A stretch of DNA of 55,298 nt from contig NW_021835369.1 in the NCBI RefSeq assembly GCF_006345805.1, positions 1-55,298 of the forward strand. Reading direction: 5' to 3'. The position numbers were made by a program, and so were the translations under genes. Position 1 is the first letter of the stretch. Every line of letters begins with the position of its first letter. The notes beneath the pieces are model-generated. The model was not told the origin of the DNA. It saw nothing but the letters and a program-made list of their open reading frames with translations, and made no database searches. This document shows, one piece after another, positions 1-11,772 of this stretch. The stretch is from Octopus sinensis. Lineage: Eukaryota.

Positions 1-680
1 GCTTTGTCACTGAACAACACAAAGTTTTTCGTAAAATTGATATTTTCATCATCCAATTTATCTGAAAACCATTCGCACGTCTACATTCGTCTATCAGGAT
101 CGTCTTCATTTAAGTGATGCAATATCTGTAGGTTGTATCGATGAAACTTTTCCTCACCAGCATTTTGTGGATGGTTGGTTTTGGAACACCTAACACCGTA
201 GATGTCCGACGAAGTGATTTTTGGGGGCTAGCTAGCAGAAACTTTAGCCTCGACAGCCTCTTTATTTTCATCTGAAGTCTTTGGTCGCCCGGAACGGGGT
301 TTATTATTCGAAACACTACTGCCTGTTTCTTTAAATTTCTTGATCAATTTCCTGACGGCAGTAAAATAAATAGGTTGCCTACAAGGGTGTGGAAGATTAA
401 ATTCTTCCGCAATTTTGCGATAAGACCATCCCTCTCGTCCACTTAATAATACTAACTCGATTCTTTCTTCTTTAGACAGATTCATCATTCGATCTGGGAT
501 TCTTTCTTCTTTAGACAGAGCCATCATTCGATCATCTGTAGAAAAAATAACAAATAAATTTAGAAAAGTAAAGTATTTTTTTAATTTAAACAAAAGTAAA
601 AAAGGAAAATTATTATTTCTTATATTTATTTGTTTGTTATGTTATGATTATTCCATAAACCCAGACTTTGTGGACACCCT
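1..680 (-). mobile_element. Tc1/mariner-superfamily transposon, 5' part (HTH region to the first catalytic-domain motif), frameshifted; runs off the window start
   Basis: Minus ORFs 228-593 and 110-316 give LSKEERIELV...LIKKFKETGS...KPRSGRPKT and PQKSLRRTSTVLGVPKPTIHKML. Bases 1-110 read LNEDDPDRR*TCEWF...VLFSDK, resembling the FSDEA motif. TIR-like end AGGGTGTCCACAAAGTCTGG at 661-680. Confidence 0.8.
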
Positions 681-709
681 AAAATTGCTTTGATTAAAAC
701 CCTTTCAAC

Positions 710-1779
710 ATGGAAGTATCCAAGGAGCATTTAAGGCACATATAATTCTTTATGAGTACAATAAAGGTAACTCTGCTGCCGAAGTGACTCGAAACATACA
801 CTCAGTTTATGGCAAAGTGCTCGAATGAAAGAACTTGCAGGAGATCGTCTGCAAAATTGAAGATGAATATCGAACAGGATGTCCAGTTGAGTTTGACAAG
901 CTCCTTGAGGCATTACTTGAAGAAAATCCGTCATTATCAGTTGAAGAATTGGCAATAAAGCTTACTTCAAACCATGCAACAGTTCATCGTCATCTTCAAC
1001 AACGTGGAAAGATTCCTAAACTTGGAAAATAGGTGCCTTATGTATTGTCCGAAAGCAACCGCAAATCCCGAGTTGGCATCTGCTCTTCTCTCCATTCTCG
1101 CATCTAAACACACCACTCATTTCACCTTTTTCGATAGACTTGTGATGAAAAATGGATTTTCTATCGAAATTAGACGTCGTAAACAGTGGCTTGGTAAAAG
1201 GGAAAATTCTCAACCACAACCGAGAAGGGAACTTCATGGGAAAAAGGTTCTACTCTCTATCTGGTGCGATTGCAAAGGCGTAATTCACTTTATATTGTTA
1301 CCACCTAATGCAACAATCAATGCTCAAGTCTACTGTCAGCAATTAGAGCGTTTGAACCAAGCTTTGAAGGAAAAAAGAGCCGCTTTAGTGAGTCGAAAAC
1401 GAGTGATGTTTCATCAGGACAATGCGCAACCCCACATTGCAAAGATCACATCACAGAAGATCGAAGGGGTCGGTTTGGAAAAATTTCTTCATCCAACTTA
1501 TTCTCCCGACCTTACTCCTTCAGGATACCATTTGTTTCATAGTTTACAGAATTAGTAGGGGGGATACAACTTTCGCAAGCCAGGGGGAGGTCGAACCTGA
1601 CATTTCAGAGTTCTTCGCTTTGAAACCAAAAGAGTTTTACGTTGATGGGATTAAAAAGCTTGTAAATAGATGGAAGTAAGTCATAGATAATTAGGGAAAG
1701 TACATTGATGATTAAATATAACATTTGATCACTTGTATTCTTTATCCAAAATTCAGACAGAACTTATGGGATGACCTGA
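710..1779 (+). mobile_element. Mariner (DD34D, Mos1/Hsmar-type) transposon, degraded, 5' TIR missing
   Basis: ATG at 710 (MEVSKEHLRH). Fragments include RTGCPVEFD...LLEENPSLSVEELA, KKVLLSIWCDCKGVIHF, FHQDNAQPH and YSPDLTPSGYHLF (mariner YSPDLAPSDYHLF). 3' TIR-like AGAACTTATGGGATGACCTGA ends at 1779. Confidence 0.9.
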
Positions 1780-2170
1780 GATATATACACTGGCGAAAAT
1801 ATATTTAAGACAGACGATAAAAGTTCTATTTCTTACAAAATATTTTGTTACTAACACCATACAAATTATTTTTATCTTTTACACCTTATGCAAAATTTAT
1901 TTCGCTTTCGAATGATGCAGACAATAACCATTTTTATACAACTTGAAGAATTCTAATGCTAAATATAATTTTAATGGAGATAACCTGCAGTATATAGTAC
2001 AACATTTTTGCCTCCGTATATGAGCTAAGTATTAATAAAATGTGGTATACGATAAAAATTTCGGATATTTGTCTTAAAACATCCAGACAAGAAAATTCAG
2101 ATGTAGCACATGAGGTATACGAATATCCACATATTTATATTAAGAATTTCATGATAAAAATATAGAAATA

Positions 2171-2737
2171 TTGGGTTGTCCGGAAAGTTCTTGCAGATTT
2201 ATAGTAGCTTATCTTTCGACTTATTTTAGAACATGTTTGAGTCCATAAAATAGGATTTGACTACACCTCCATTTGGAGCACAGTTTAATCTATCTTTTCG
2301 TGGAAGAAGGTTTATGTTCTAATAACCTGTGTTAATTCTGTAACCCTTTAAATTAAAAGATAAGAAAAATTCATTATCGGCATTTGATGCTTTGGGAACC
2401 AGACAAAAATTGCTGCAGCTTGGCTGGGGTGACTTACCCCACCCTCCATATTCACCAAATATTACTCCTTCGGATTTCCACTTATTCAGGTCTCCGCAGA
2501 ATAGTCTTAATGGTGAAAATTTCAATTCCTTAGATGACGTAAAAAGATACCTTGATGAATTATTTTCCTTGAAACCACCCCAATTCTGGGAAGAGGGTAT
2601 TTTTAAGGTAAAGGTAAGATGGAGACGTATTGTGCAACGAAATGGTTCAGATTTGGTTCATTAAAAATGTAATGGCAAGTATTTAGTGACCATGTACTTT
2701 CCTTTAAAAATCGGAACGAACTTTCCGGACGACCTAA
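2171..2737 (+). mobile_element. Internally deleted mariner (567 bp) with both TIRs and TA target duplication
   Basis: TA|TTGGGTTGTCCGGAAAGTTC ... GAACTTTCCGGACGACCTAA|TA (20-bp TIR, 2 mismatches). Retains the C-terminal transposase remnant PHPPYSPNITPSDFHLFRS...RWRRIVQRNG (2392-2664). Confidence 0.9.
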
Positions 2738-3104
2738 TATAAACATAACAATGAAATACAAATAAAAACATGAAAAATAAAAACCTAAATTAAAAGTGGC
2801 GATTAAATTTTTTTCCTAACCTGCAGCCGTTTGTTGTACGAAGTATTCGAAATTCAGCTCTCCTTCCTCAGGGTTCCTTTCTCGAGGTAAAATCCAGCAG
2901 AAAGCAGTAAGGCACTACATGACAAGTTGGTGAAAGTTCAGTTTTTGAGGTTCTCAATTTTTTTTCAAGAGGATTGCCACGTTTAAATAAGAAATGAAAA
3001 TCATTTAGTTAATCATGCAATTTTGGGAATATTCCATTTTTTACTGATATATACTACAATAACAAAGAAATTATTTACGATTTTAGATTTATGCATTTTT
3101 ATGG

Positions 3105-3233
3105 TTCCAAAACGCATGGTTCTCAGTTCAGTCCCACTGTGTGGTAACTTGACATGTGTCTTCTACTATAGCCTGAGACCAACCAAAGCCTTGTCAGTGG
3201 ATTTTGTAGACAGAAACTGAAAGAAATCAATCG

Positions 3234-3265
<32 letters not shown>

Positions 3266-3395
3266 AGTCTGTGTGTGTGTCTTTGTGTTTCTCCCTCATC
3301 ACTGCTTCACAACTGGTGTTCGTTTATTTACATCCCCATAACATACTGGTTTCACAAGAAGAAACTGATAGAATAAGTACCAGGCTTATCAAAAT
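3105..3395 (+). mobile_element. SINE family A (tRNA-derived), degenerate copy
   Basis: Matches the copies at 11190, 36319 etc.: GTTCAGTCCCACTG B-box region, AAAGCCTTGT..GTGGATTT, central TA/TG tract, GATAGAATAAGTAC. Confidence 0.7.
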
Positions 3396-3488
3396 TTAAA
3401 AAAGCTCTACGCAGTGTCTCACATTTTTGTTTGCCCACTCAGTTGTATCTATCAATTTATCTTTGTGTGTGTGTGTATGTGTACATAC

Positions 3489-3587
<99 letters not shown>

Positions 3588-3658
3588 GGATTTCGTGGAC
3601 AGGAACTGAAACAAATCAATCGTATATATATGTATATATGTAAGTGTATGTGTTTTAG

Positions 3659-6356
3659 TATTGGCAACATGAATGACAATGGCCAGAGACTACTTGAATT
3701 TTGCACATACCATAACCTGTGCATCACCAACACATTCTTTCCCAACAAGACATCCCATAAGGCATCTTGGAGACATCCAAGATCTCACCACTGGCATCAG
3801 TTGGATCTCATCATTACACGAAGATCCTTTCTGAATTCTGTTCAACTGACCCGTAGCGCGGATTGTGACACAGATCATTCACTAATAAGAAGGGTGAGGA
3901 TTCTGCCTAAAAAGTCCATCACTCCAAGAAAATGAGCCAACTACGCATTAACACTGCCAGAACCTCGGACCCTACACTGCGACAATGTTTTGCTGTTTCT
4001 ATCAAGGTTGCCCTCAGTAGCTGCCCAACCTCCTCTGCTGAAAGTAGGTGGAATTATATCAGGGAAGCTTCGTATACCACATCAATAGATACTTTCGGAA
4101 TGAGAGAAAGGTAAAACCCAGATTTTGTTCAGTGCTGGGCTCTCAGAGCTGGAAACAGTTATCGAAGCAAAGCGTGCAGCTCTGATGCAATACAAGAGTG
4201 TTTCTTCTACAAAGTCACTCGAAGAACTCAGAAAGGCAAGAAATAAAACCCAACTCACTGCCAGACGCTGTGCAAATGGGTATTGACAGGAAATCTGTCA
4301 GAGTATCCAGTCAGCTGCTGACAGTGGCGACACCCGTGGGATGTATGCCGGTTTAAAGAAGGCCCTTGGTCCATCCGCAACCACCTCAGCCCCTCTGAAA
4401 TCAACTACTGGAGATCTCATCAAGGACCAAAGCAAGCAAATGGATACATGGATGGAGTACTACCAGGATCTCTACTCACGAGAGGTAGCTGAGGCTGCAA
4501 TCGAGGGTGTCAAGATCTTGCCAGTCATGTGTGAACTTGACAGTCTGCCATCTATAGCAGAGCTCACCAAATCTATTGACTCCCTAGCAAGTAACAAGGC
4601 TCTGGGAAAATACGGCATCCCCTTAGAGATCATCAAAACCGGCAAAAACATCATCCTGCTTCGGCACATTCATGAGCTTCTGTGTCAGTGCTGGTTAGAG
4701 GGTACAGTCCCTCAGAATATGCGGGATGCTAACATCATTACGCTTTACAAAAATAAAAGTGACCGTGATGATTGTAACAATTACCGTGGAATATCTCTTC
4801 TAAGCACAGTTGGAAAGGCCTCTACTCGCATTATCCTGTCCAGGCTGCAACTAATTGCTTCTCGAATTTATCCAGAATCGCGGTGTGGCTTTAGAAGAAG
4901 CAGATCAACTATTGACATGATATTCTCCATACGCCAACTTCAGAAGTCCAGAGAGCAGAACATGCCATTATATATGGCCTTCATTGATCTGACAAAGGGC
5001 TTTGACTTGGTAAGTAGAAAAGGCCTCTTCATCCTGCTCCAAAAAATCGGATGTTCACCAAAGCTGCTGAGGATCATCAAATCATTCCATGCTAATATGC
5101 AAGGCACCATACAGCACAATGGTTCAACATCAGCCGCCTTCCAAATAAAAAATGGGGTAGAGCAAGGTTGTGTCCTTGCTCCTACATTATTTGGCATCTT
5201 CTCGCTGCTGCTGTCACATGCCTTTGAGACATCAGATGATGGAGTGTTTCTGCACAGTAGAAGTGATGGGAAACTGTTCAATCTCTCGTGTCTGCGTGCC
5301 AAGACCAAAATCTCAGAAGCGTCCTGATCAAGGAGATGCTATTTGCTGATGATGCCGCTCTGGTATCACACACAGAAGAAGCCCTACGAAGGCTCAACAA
5401 CTGTTTTGAGCAAGCATTTGGCAACTTTGGCTTAGTTATCAGCCTCAAGAAGACCAACATCATGGGTCAGGCTACATCGGACATCCCAAACATACATATT
5501 GGAGACCACAGATTATAGGAGGTGGAGAAGTTTACCTATCTTGGCTCTACCGTCACCTACAACCTATCCCTTGATGCTGAGCTCAATATACGCATTGGCA
5601 AGGCAGCTGCTGTGATGGCCCAACTCACCAAACGCGCATGGGACAACAATAAGCTGACCAAGACCACAAAAATGAAGATTTACCAGGCATGTGTACTTAG
5701 CACTCTACTGTATGACTTTGACGCCATACACACGCCATACGACGCCATACGTCGCCTAAATATCTTTCACCTGCGCTGTCTCCGGAAAATCCATCGCATC
5801 AAATGGCAGAATCATGTCCCTAACAAAGATGTCCTCAAGCAAGCAGGAATACCAAGCATGTTTGCACTCTTCACACAAAGACGTATGAGATGGCTTGGAC
5901 ATGTTAGCCGTATGGAAGATGGCAGAATCCCCAAGGACATACTCAACGGAGAGCTTGCTAGGGGCACTAGGTCTGTGGGAAGACTGTTCTTACGATACAA
6001 GGATGTTTGCAAAAGGGACATGAATGCCTGCAACATCAATATTACCAACTGGGAAGCAGTTGCCAGCAACCGTGGAGATTGGCGACGTACCGTAAAAGAG
6101 GGAACACAAAGGCATGACATAGTGAGAAAGGAGAAATGGAAGGCAAGAAAAGACGTCAACAAGAAACTATGACATTACAACCAGTCAGGCAAAGTCTTCG
6201 CTACATTTGCGGCACCTGCTAGAGGGAGTGTTTGTCCCGGATAGGACTACACAGCCACAGCAAGAGATGTATTAGGACATGAAATGTAAAAGCCGGACTA
6301 GATTATTTTATGCGCAACTCCATTGTCTCCCGAAACAAAAAGGATGCCAACAACAA
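3659..6356 (+). mobile_element. RTE-clade LINE, 5'-truncated within the AP endonuclease, with stops and frameshifts
   Basis: APE C-terminus NGQRLLEFC...ITNTFF...[17 protein letters not shown]...CDTDHSL. RT motifs NYRGISLLS, AFIDLTKGFDLV, GVEQGCVLAPTLF, MLFADD and EKFTYLGS. C-terminal RMRWLGHVSRMEDGRIPKDIL. RTE-type 3' end ATTGTCTCCCGAAACAAAAAGGATGCCAACAACAA. Confidence 0.93.
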
Positions 6357-6419
6357 TATATATGGATTTCGTAGACAGGAACTGTAACAATAAATCGTAT
6401 ATATATATATGTATGTAGC

Positions 6420-6690
6420 TTTTTACATTCTGAGATTTAATAATACATTTAGAGAGTTACTTCCCTTATATAACCGAGCGAAAATGCATTAAAAATGCGG
6501 AAAAAATTATGGTAATTTTTTTTTTAATCGTAAACTCATCGTAGACGTGCGCTAATACCCAGAAGGGCTCGATAGGAATCACAACTATAAGATACCCGGT
6601 TTTGGTTAAACTGCACTGCAAAATGTGGGGTAGTAGTTAGGAATCTAAATCGTAGGAGACAGATACACAACCTCTCTTTTATATATAAGA
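6420..6690 (-). mobile_element. Non-autonomous Helitron family B, 5' portion
   Basis: Minus strand begins A|TCTTATATATAAAAGAGAGG (5' TC after A). Shares blocks (AGAGAGTTACTTCCCTTATA, ACTCATCGTAGACG, GCTCGATA..AATCAC.ACTATAAGATACCCG) with 48457-48885, which carries the hairpin-CTAG 3' end. Confidence 0.7.
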
Positions 6691-6739
6691 TAAACTCAAA
6701 GAGCAACTAGAAAGTGAAAGTAGTATCTAACTTAGGATG

Positions 6740-7135
6740 TCTCATAGATAGTGGTGGCAATGGTGTTGGAGGTGGTAGATGTGGTTATCATGGCAGTGGT
6801 GGTGGTGGTGTAGTGGTGACAGTGGATGTGTATGATGGCAGCAATTATAGTGTTGGTGTTTTTGTAGAGGTGGTGGTGGTGGTGGCGGCGGCAGTGGATG
6901 ATAATGATAATGATGATGATAGTAGTAGTAGCATTGATTATGTTAGGATGTCTCATGGATGGTAGTGTTGAAGACATTGCAGAGTGTAGTGGTGGTGAAA
7001 TTGGTTTTTGAATATGATGCTGGTATTGGTCTTGGGGTTGTGGTGGTGGCATTGGAGGTTGTAGTAATGGTTGTGGTGGTGGTTGTGAAGATGATTCTGA
7101 TATTGATAGTCTTTGCATTGAGGTGGTGGCAGAGT
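6740..7135. repeat. Degenerate GGT/GAT trinucleotide low-complexity region
   Basis: Directly visible; TTAGGATGTCTCAT occurs twice (~6731 and ~6943). Confidence 0.8.
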
Positions 7136-7373
7136 CAGAGTAAATAATAAGAGCCCAGTTAACACAGATTCTTAAATTTCGGAGATCATAAGATAGAGAG
7201 CAAGAAGTTTAAAGTTCCAATACTGGCCCAATACCTACACCCCAGATTCTCAACTATTTTATAAGAAAGGGGTTAATGGCAGGATAGGGATTCAGCTTAA
7301 AATAAATTGTATAACAAAAAATACATAAATAAATTACTGCTCCAACGATGTAATTTTAGTATGTGTGTATGTA

Positions 7374-7410
<37 letters not shown>

Positions 7411-7561
7411 GCAATGCAAACAATGGAAAATAATTTAAACACTCAGTTTTTAATGTCTAAGGATGGATATTTATGCGTATGAATCTTTTTTTTTTTTATT
7501 TTCTTTCAAATATAATTCTAGGGAACTGAAAAAGCTGTGTACGATGCCAAGCGAATTTAGC

Positions 7562-7651
7562 TATTTACGATGAGCGGATGTTTACGTTACAAACGAATCT
7601 GTAGGTCTGTTTACATGTTTACGTTAACTACGTCGCAAAATAGCTGTTTAC
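7562..7651 (+). promoter_or_regulatory. Candidate forkhead-motif cluster
   Basis: TGTTTAC at 7579, 7608, 7616 and 7645, plus TATTTAC at 7562, in non-repeat, locally CpG-containing sequence. Confidence 0.35.
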
Positions 7652-8481
7652 ATCACAGTAACAATATTTTGAGAGGCAGTAAATAATATGAGGCCGAAAG
7701 AAAGAATATCATTGGTTAAAATTCGAATTATTAAACAACGTTAAACTTAGAAATTACAATTCCGTTTTCATTTTGGTTTACAATTATGTTTTCTTTTGAC
7801 ACATTCTACCAGTATACGAAGTTTCAAATTGTTTAGTTAACTAGGAAAATCTGGCCTTCAAAAAGAAAAGATCCACCCACCCACATAGAAGCACGCGCAC
7901 ATACAAAGCCACACACAAATACACATATACACGCAACATACACAAAACGCACACAAACACACACATAGAAACACACACACACAGAAGCACGCGTACATAC
8001 AAACCCACACACAAATACACGCAACATATACAAAACGCACACAAACACACACATAAACACACACACACACACACACATACACAACGCGCGCGCGTGCGAT
8101 CAAACACGCGCACATACAAATCCAAGCAGACAGAGAGAGACACGTCGTTTTCTTGCCTTCTTTTGCTGTAGAAGAAATAAATAAAATAAGCAAAAAAAAA
8201 AAACGTGTTAAATGTTGGCATTTAATATGGCCGTTGCTGGTTTCAGCCTTCAAACGAAATATACGAATGTTTCTGTACTTGCTGGAGATGTAATCTCATT
8301 GATAGGACACACATAAGAGAAATTATTTTCTCCCCGTCTTGGATCATTCTCCGTTTCTATATTGGTTTGACCTGAAATGAAACAGATTAAGTTTATTTAC
8401 CATGCACAACAAATCAATATGCTCTGTAAGATTCGTATTCAGCCAACACAGATAAGAAGACACGAACGCTTTTAACAGTTA

Positions 8482-8626
8482 CGCCGCCATTTTTATTATA
8501 TCTCATTCTCTGATGGACGCCGCCGTTAAAACAATAAATTGCATCTTTGAAATGATTAAGCTTACATTTACTTAGAATGTTAACGGTCTTAAGTATTCTT
8601 TATTGATCGACGTTGTTATATGGCGG
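8482..8626. promoter_or_regulatory. Candidate (possibly divergent) promoter with opposed YY1-like motifs
   Basis: CGCCGCCATTTT at 8482-8493 (AAAATGGCGGCG on minus) and ATATGGCGG at 8618-8626 on plus; unique sequence that looks CpG-richer than its surroundings by eye. Confidence 0.3.
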
Positions 8627-8902
8627 TTTGGCAGGAATAAAATCTTGTGTTATCACATTAAGAGCGAATAATAAATAATGTATATTTGTTTCAATATGAG
8701 AAGAGATGATACGTGATAGCAATTTAATGGTGAACGAAGAAAAAGATTTAGTTAGGCAATTACTATTAATTAAAGCTGATAATTAATGCTGCTGTTTGTT
8801 CTAATTAATAAAGGAAAATGTCTATTTTATACCAATTTGCTTTGTATGAGAAACTGAGATATTAAATAACGGGCTAAGTTAATATTTTCATGGTTTCTAA
8901 AG

Positions 8903-9045
8903 AGACCTTGAGGCTGGTGATTAATTCTGATGTTTTGTGGTGTTAAATGGAGGAGAAATTGTTTTCCCCCTGGACAAGAAGCTAATCAAAGGTTCTCAAT
9001 AGTTTTGTGAATTGAAGCAATGTAGTATTAAATGTTCTGACTTTG
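8903..9045 (+). other. Possible non-coding or 5'UTR exon
   Basis: Acceptor-like TTTCTAAAG| at 8902 and consensus donor TTG|GTAAGT at 9046; only short ORFs inside; lies just downstream of the candidate promoter. Confidence 0.25.
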
Positions 9046-9064
9046 GTAAGTTTCTAATTTAGAC

Positions 9065-9708
9065 AGAAGGGCAGCAGCAAATTCGAGGTGAAAGGTTTTA
9101 AGTCAATGCCTATTTCTTTATTACCCACTAGGGGCTAAACACAGAGGGGACAAACAAGGACAGACATAGGTATTAAGTCGATTACATCGACCCCAGTGCG
9201 TAACTGGTACTTAATTTATCGACCCCGAAAGGATGAAAGGCAAAGTCGACCTTGGCGGAATTTGAACTCAGAACGTAGCGACTGACCAAATACCTATTTC
9301 TTTATTACCCACTAGGGGCTAAACACAGAGGGGACAAACAAGGACAGACATAGGTATTAAGTCGATTACATCGCCCCGTGCGTACCTGGTACTTAATTTA
9401 TCGACCCCGAAAGGATGAAAGGCAAAGTCGACCTCTCGGCGGAATTTGAACTCAGAACGTAGCGACTGACCAAATACCTATTTCTTATTACCCACTAGGG
9501 GCTAAACACAGAGGGACAACAAGGACAGACATAGGTATTAAGTCGATTACATCGACCCAGTGTGGTACTGGTACTTAATTTATCGACCCGAAAGGATGAA
9601 AGGCAAAGTTGACCTCGGCGGAATTTGAACTCACAATGTAACGCAGACGAAATACCGCTAAGCATTTCGCCCGGCGTGCTAACGTTTCTTTTCTGCCAGC
9701 TCGCCGCC
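9065..9708 (-). mobile_element. SINE family M (tRNA-like head plus conserved TTTGCCTTTCATCCTTTCGGGGTCGATAAA block) with three tandem 184-bp internal units
   Basis: Head GGCGGCGAGCTGGCAGAA on minus from 9708; B-box-like GAGTTCAAATTCC; unit starts CCTATTTC at 9109, 9293 and 9477. Confidence 0.85.
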
Positions 9709-10647
9709 TTTAAGTCAATACCATCCGCCCTGGTCCATGGAATGTACTTTATTTTAATCGACCACGGAGGAATGAAAGTCCAAGTTTGACCTCTGCAGAT
9801 TGAAAGCCGTAACAAACACTACAAAGCATTCGTTTGATGTACTAACAATCTGCTTATCTACTATACTGCCTTCCGTCATCACTTTTTTATTGTCCGTTTT
9901 CATGCTAGCATGGGTAGGACGGTTTTGAAGGGAGGTGGTAAAGCCAGGGCCGCACCTTGCTCCATTTTGTCCATTCTGGCATGGTGTCTATAGCTGGATG
10001 CCCTCCTGATGCCAACAACGTCCCAGTGTTACTGGGTGCTTTTTCATGTGGTGCCGTGACCAGAACTTTTTACTGACACCAGCTAACAGGCGAATAGCTT
10101 GAAATTCGGGGAGTGGGGCCTAATTTTGATCACACTGACCTCAGTACTCAACTGGTACTCATCTTACAACCTTGAAAGGATGAAAGGCAAAGCTGACCTC
10201 GGTGAAATTTGAACTTGAAATAAATAATAAAAATATAAAATAATAATAATAATATAATAATTAATCAAATAATAATATAATATAATAATATCTAATGGTT
10301 TCACAAATTTTAGCACAAGGCCGGTAAAGTTTGAAGGGAAGTGTTAAGTCGATTACAAAGCAAAGTTGACCTCGGCAGAATTCAACTTAATAATAATAAG
10401 AAGAAGAAGATGGTTACATTAGCTCCAGTGCTCAACTGGTATGTACTTCATAGACATCAAAGCAAAAGTAGAAGACACTTGCCCAAGGTGCCACACAGTG
10501 GAACTGAACCCAGAACCATGTGGTTGGGAAGCAAACTTCTAACCACAAAGCCATGCCTATTTTTTTTTCTGCATCAATAAACAGTGGAGCTGAGCCATGC
10601 AAGCATGGAAAAGTGGAAGAGTGGTTATATATATATATATAAATGTA

Positions 10648-10915
10648 TCATCATCATCGGTTAACGCCTGTTTTCCATGCTAGCATGGGTTGGACGGTTC
10701 AACCGGGGTCTGGGAAGCCAGGAGGCTGCACCAGGCTCCAGTTTGATCTGGGAGTGTTTCTACGGCTGGAATTCCTTCCTAACGCCAACCACTCTGAGAG
10801 TGTAGTGGGTGCTTTTTACGTGCCACCTACACAGGTGCCACGGGAGGCTGGCAAAGGACCACGATCGGTTGGTGCTTTTTATGTGCCACTGGCACGGAAG
10901 CCAGTCAAGGCGGTG

Positions 10916-10917
<2 letters not shown>
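10648..10917 (-). mobile_element. SINE-like family R (RTE-type 3' tail, (ATG)n end, internal VNTR), 5'-truncated
   Basis: Shared tail CCATGCTAGCATGGAAA..GGAC..TAAATGATGATG and GGTTGGCGTTAGGAAG. Other copies at ~9875-10050(-), 21320-21600(+), 29379-29616(+), 30912-31248(-), 36008-36290(+), 40520-40592(+), 47657-47992(-) and 53543-54160(-). Confidence 0.8.
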
Positions 10918-10951
<34 letters not shown>

Positions 10952-11189
10952 ATATATAATATATATTATATATATATATATATATATAATATATATATAT
11001 TATATATTATATATATATAATATATATATATATAATATAATATATTATATATATATATATTATATATTATATATATATAGTATATAATGTATATTATATA
11101 TATATATATATCTATATATGTATATATGTATATATATATATATATTATATATATTATATATATATATTGTGAGCAGATTTGATAGATGT

Positions 11190-11632
11190 AGGCGCAGGAG
11201 TGTCTGTGTGGTAAGTAGCTTCCTCACCAACCACATGGTTCTGGGTTCAGTCCCACTGTGTGGTACCATGGGTAAGTGTCTTTTGCTATAGCCTTGGGCC
11301 GACCAAAGCCTTGTGAGTCAATTTGGTAGACGGAAACAGAAAGAAGCCCGTCGTGTATATGTGTATATATTATATATATATATGTATATATATGTATGTA
11401 TGTGTGTGCATCTTTGTGTCTGTTCATCCTCCTCCCCTTCTGCTGCCACTTGACAACCGGTGTTGGTATGTTTATGTCCCTGTAACTTAGCAGTTTGGCA
11501 ACAAGAGACCAATAGAATAAGTATCATCAGGTTTAACATGAAATAAGACCTGAGGTTGATTTGTTCAACAAAAATCCTTTCAAGGCAGTGCTCCAGCATG
11601 GCCACACCCAAATGACTGAAACAAGCAAAAGA
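11190..11632 (+). mobile_element. SINE family A, full length
   Basis: Head AGGCGCAGGAGTG..TGTGTGGTAAG and GGTTCAGTCCC (A/B-box-like), central TA/TG tract, tail CCAGCATGGCC..CAAATGACTGAAACAAG. Confidence 0.85.
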
Positions 11633-11703
11633 TATAAGATATACATATATCACCATCCTCCTCCTCCTCATCATCATCATCAGTGTATGCTATATTATGT
11701 GTG

Positions 11704-11755
<52 letters not shown>

Positions 11756-11772
11756 TATCTTTCTTTCTTTCT

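Noticed and set aside
974-1555. Host SETMAR-like domesticated gene
   Set aside because: Multiple frameshifts and stops, no SET domain, and a TIR is present; this is a dead mariner.
4341-6172. Intact active reverse transcriptase gene
   Set aside because: The ORF is split by frameshifts and stops, is 5'-truncated, and has a slippage-damaged segment (repeated ACGCCATAC near 5719-5750).
8168-8402. Minus-strand coding exons from the candidate promoter (ATG|GTAAAT donor near 8400)
   Set aside because: The nearest acceptor gives a ~29-nt intron and early stops; the next acceptor leads into CA repeats.
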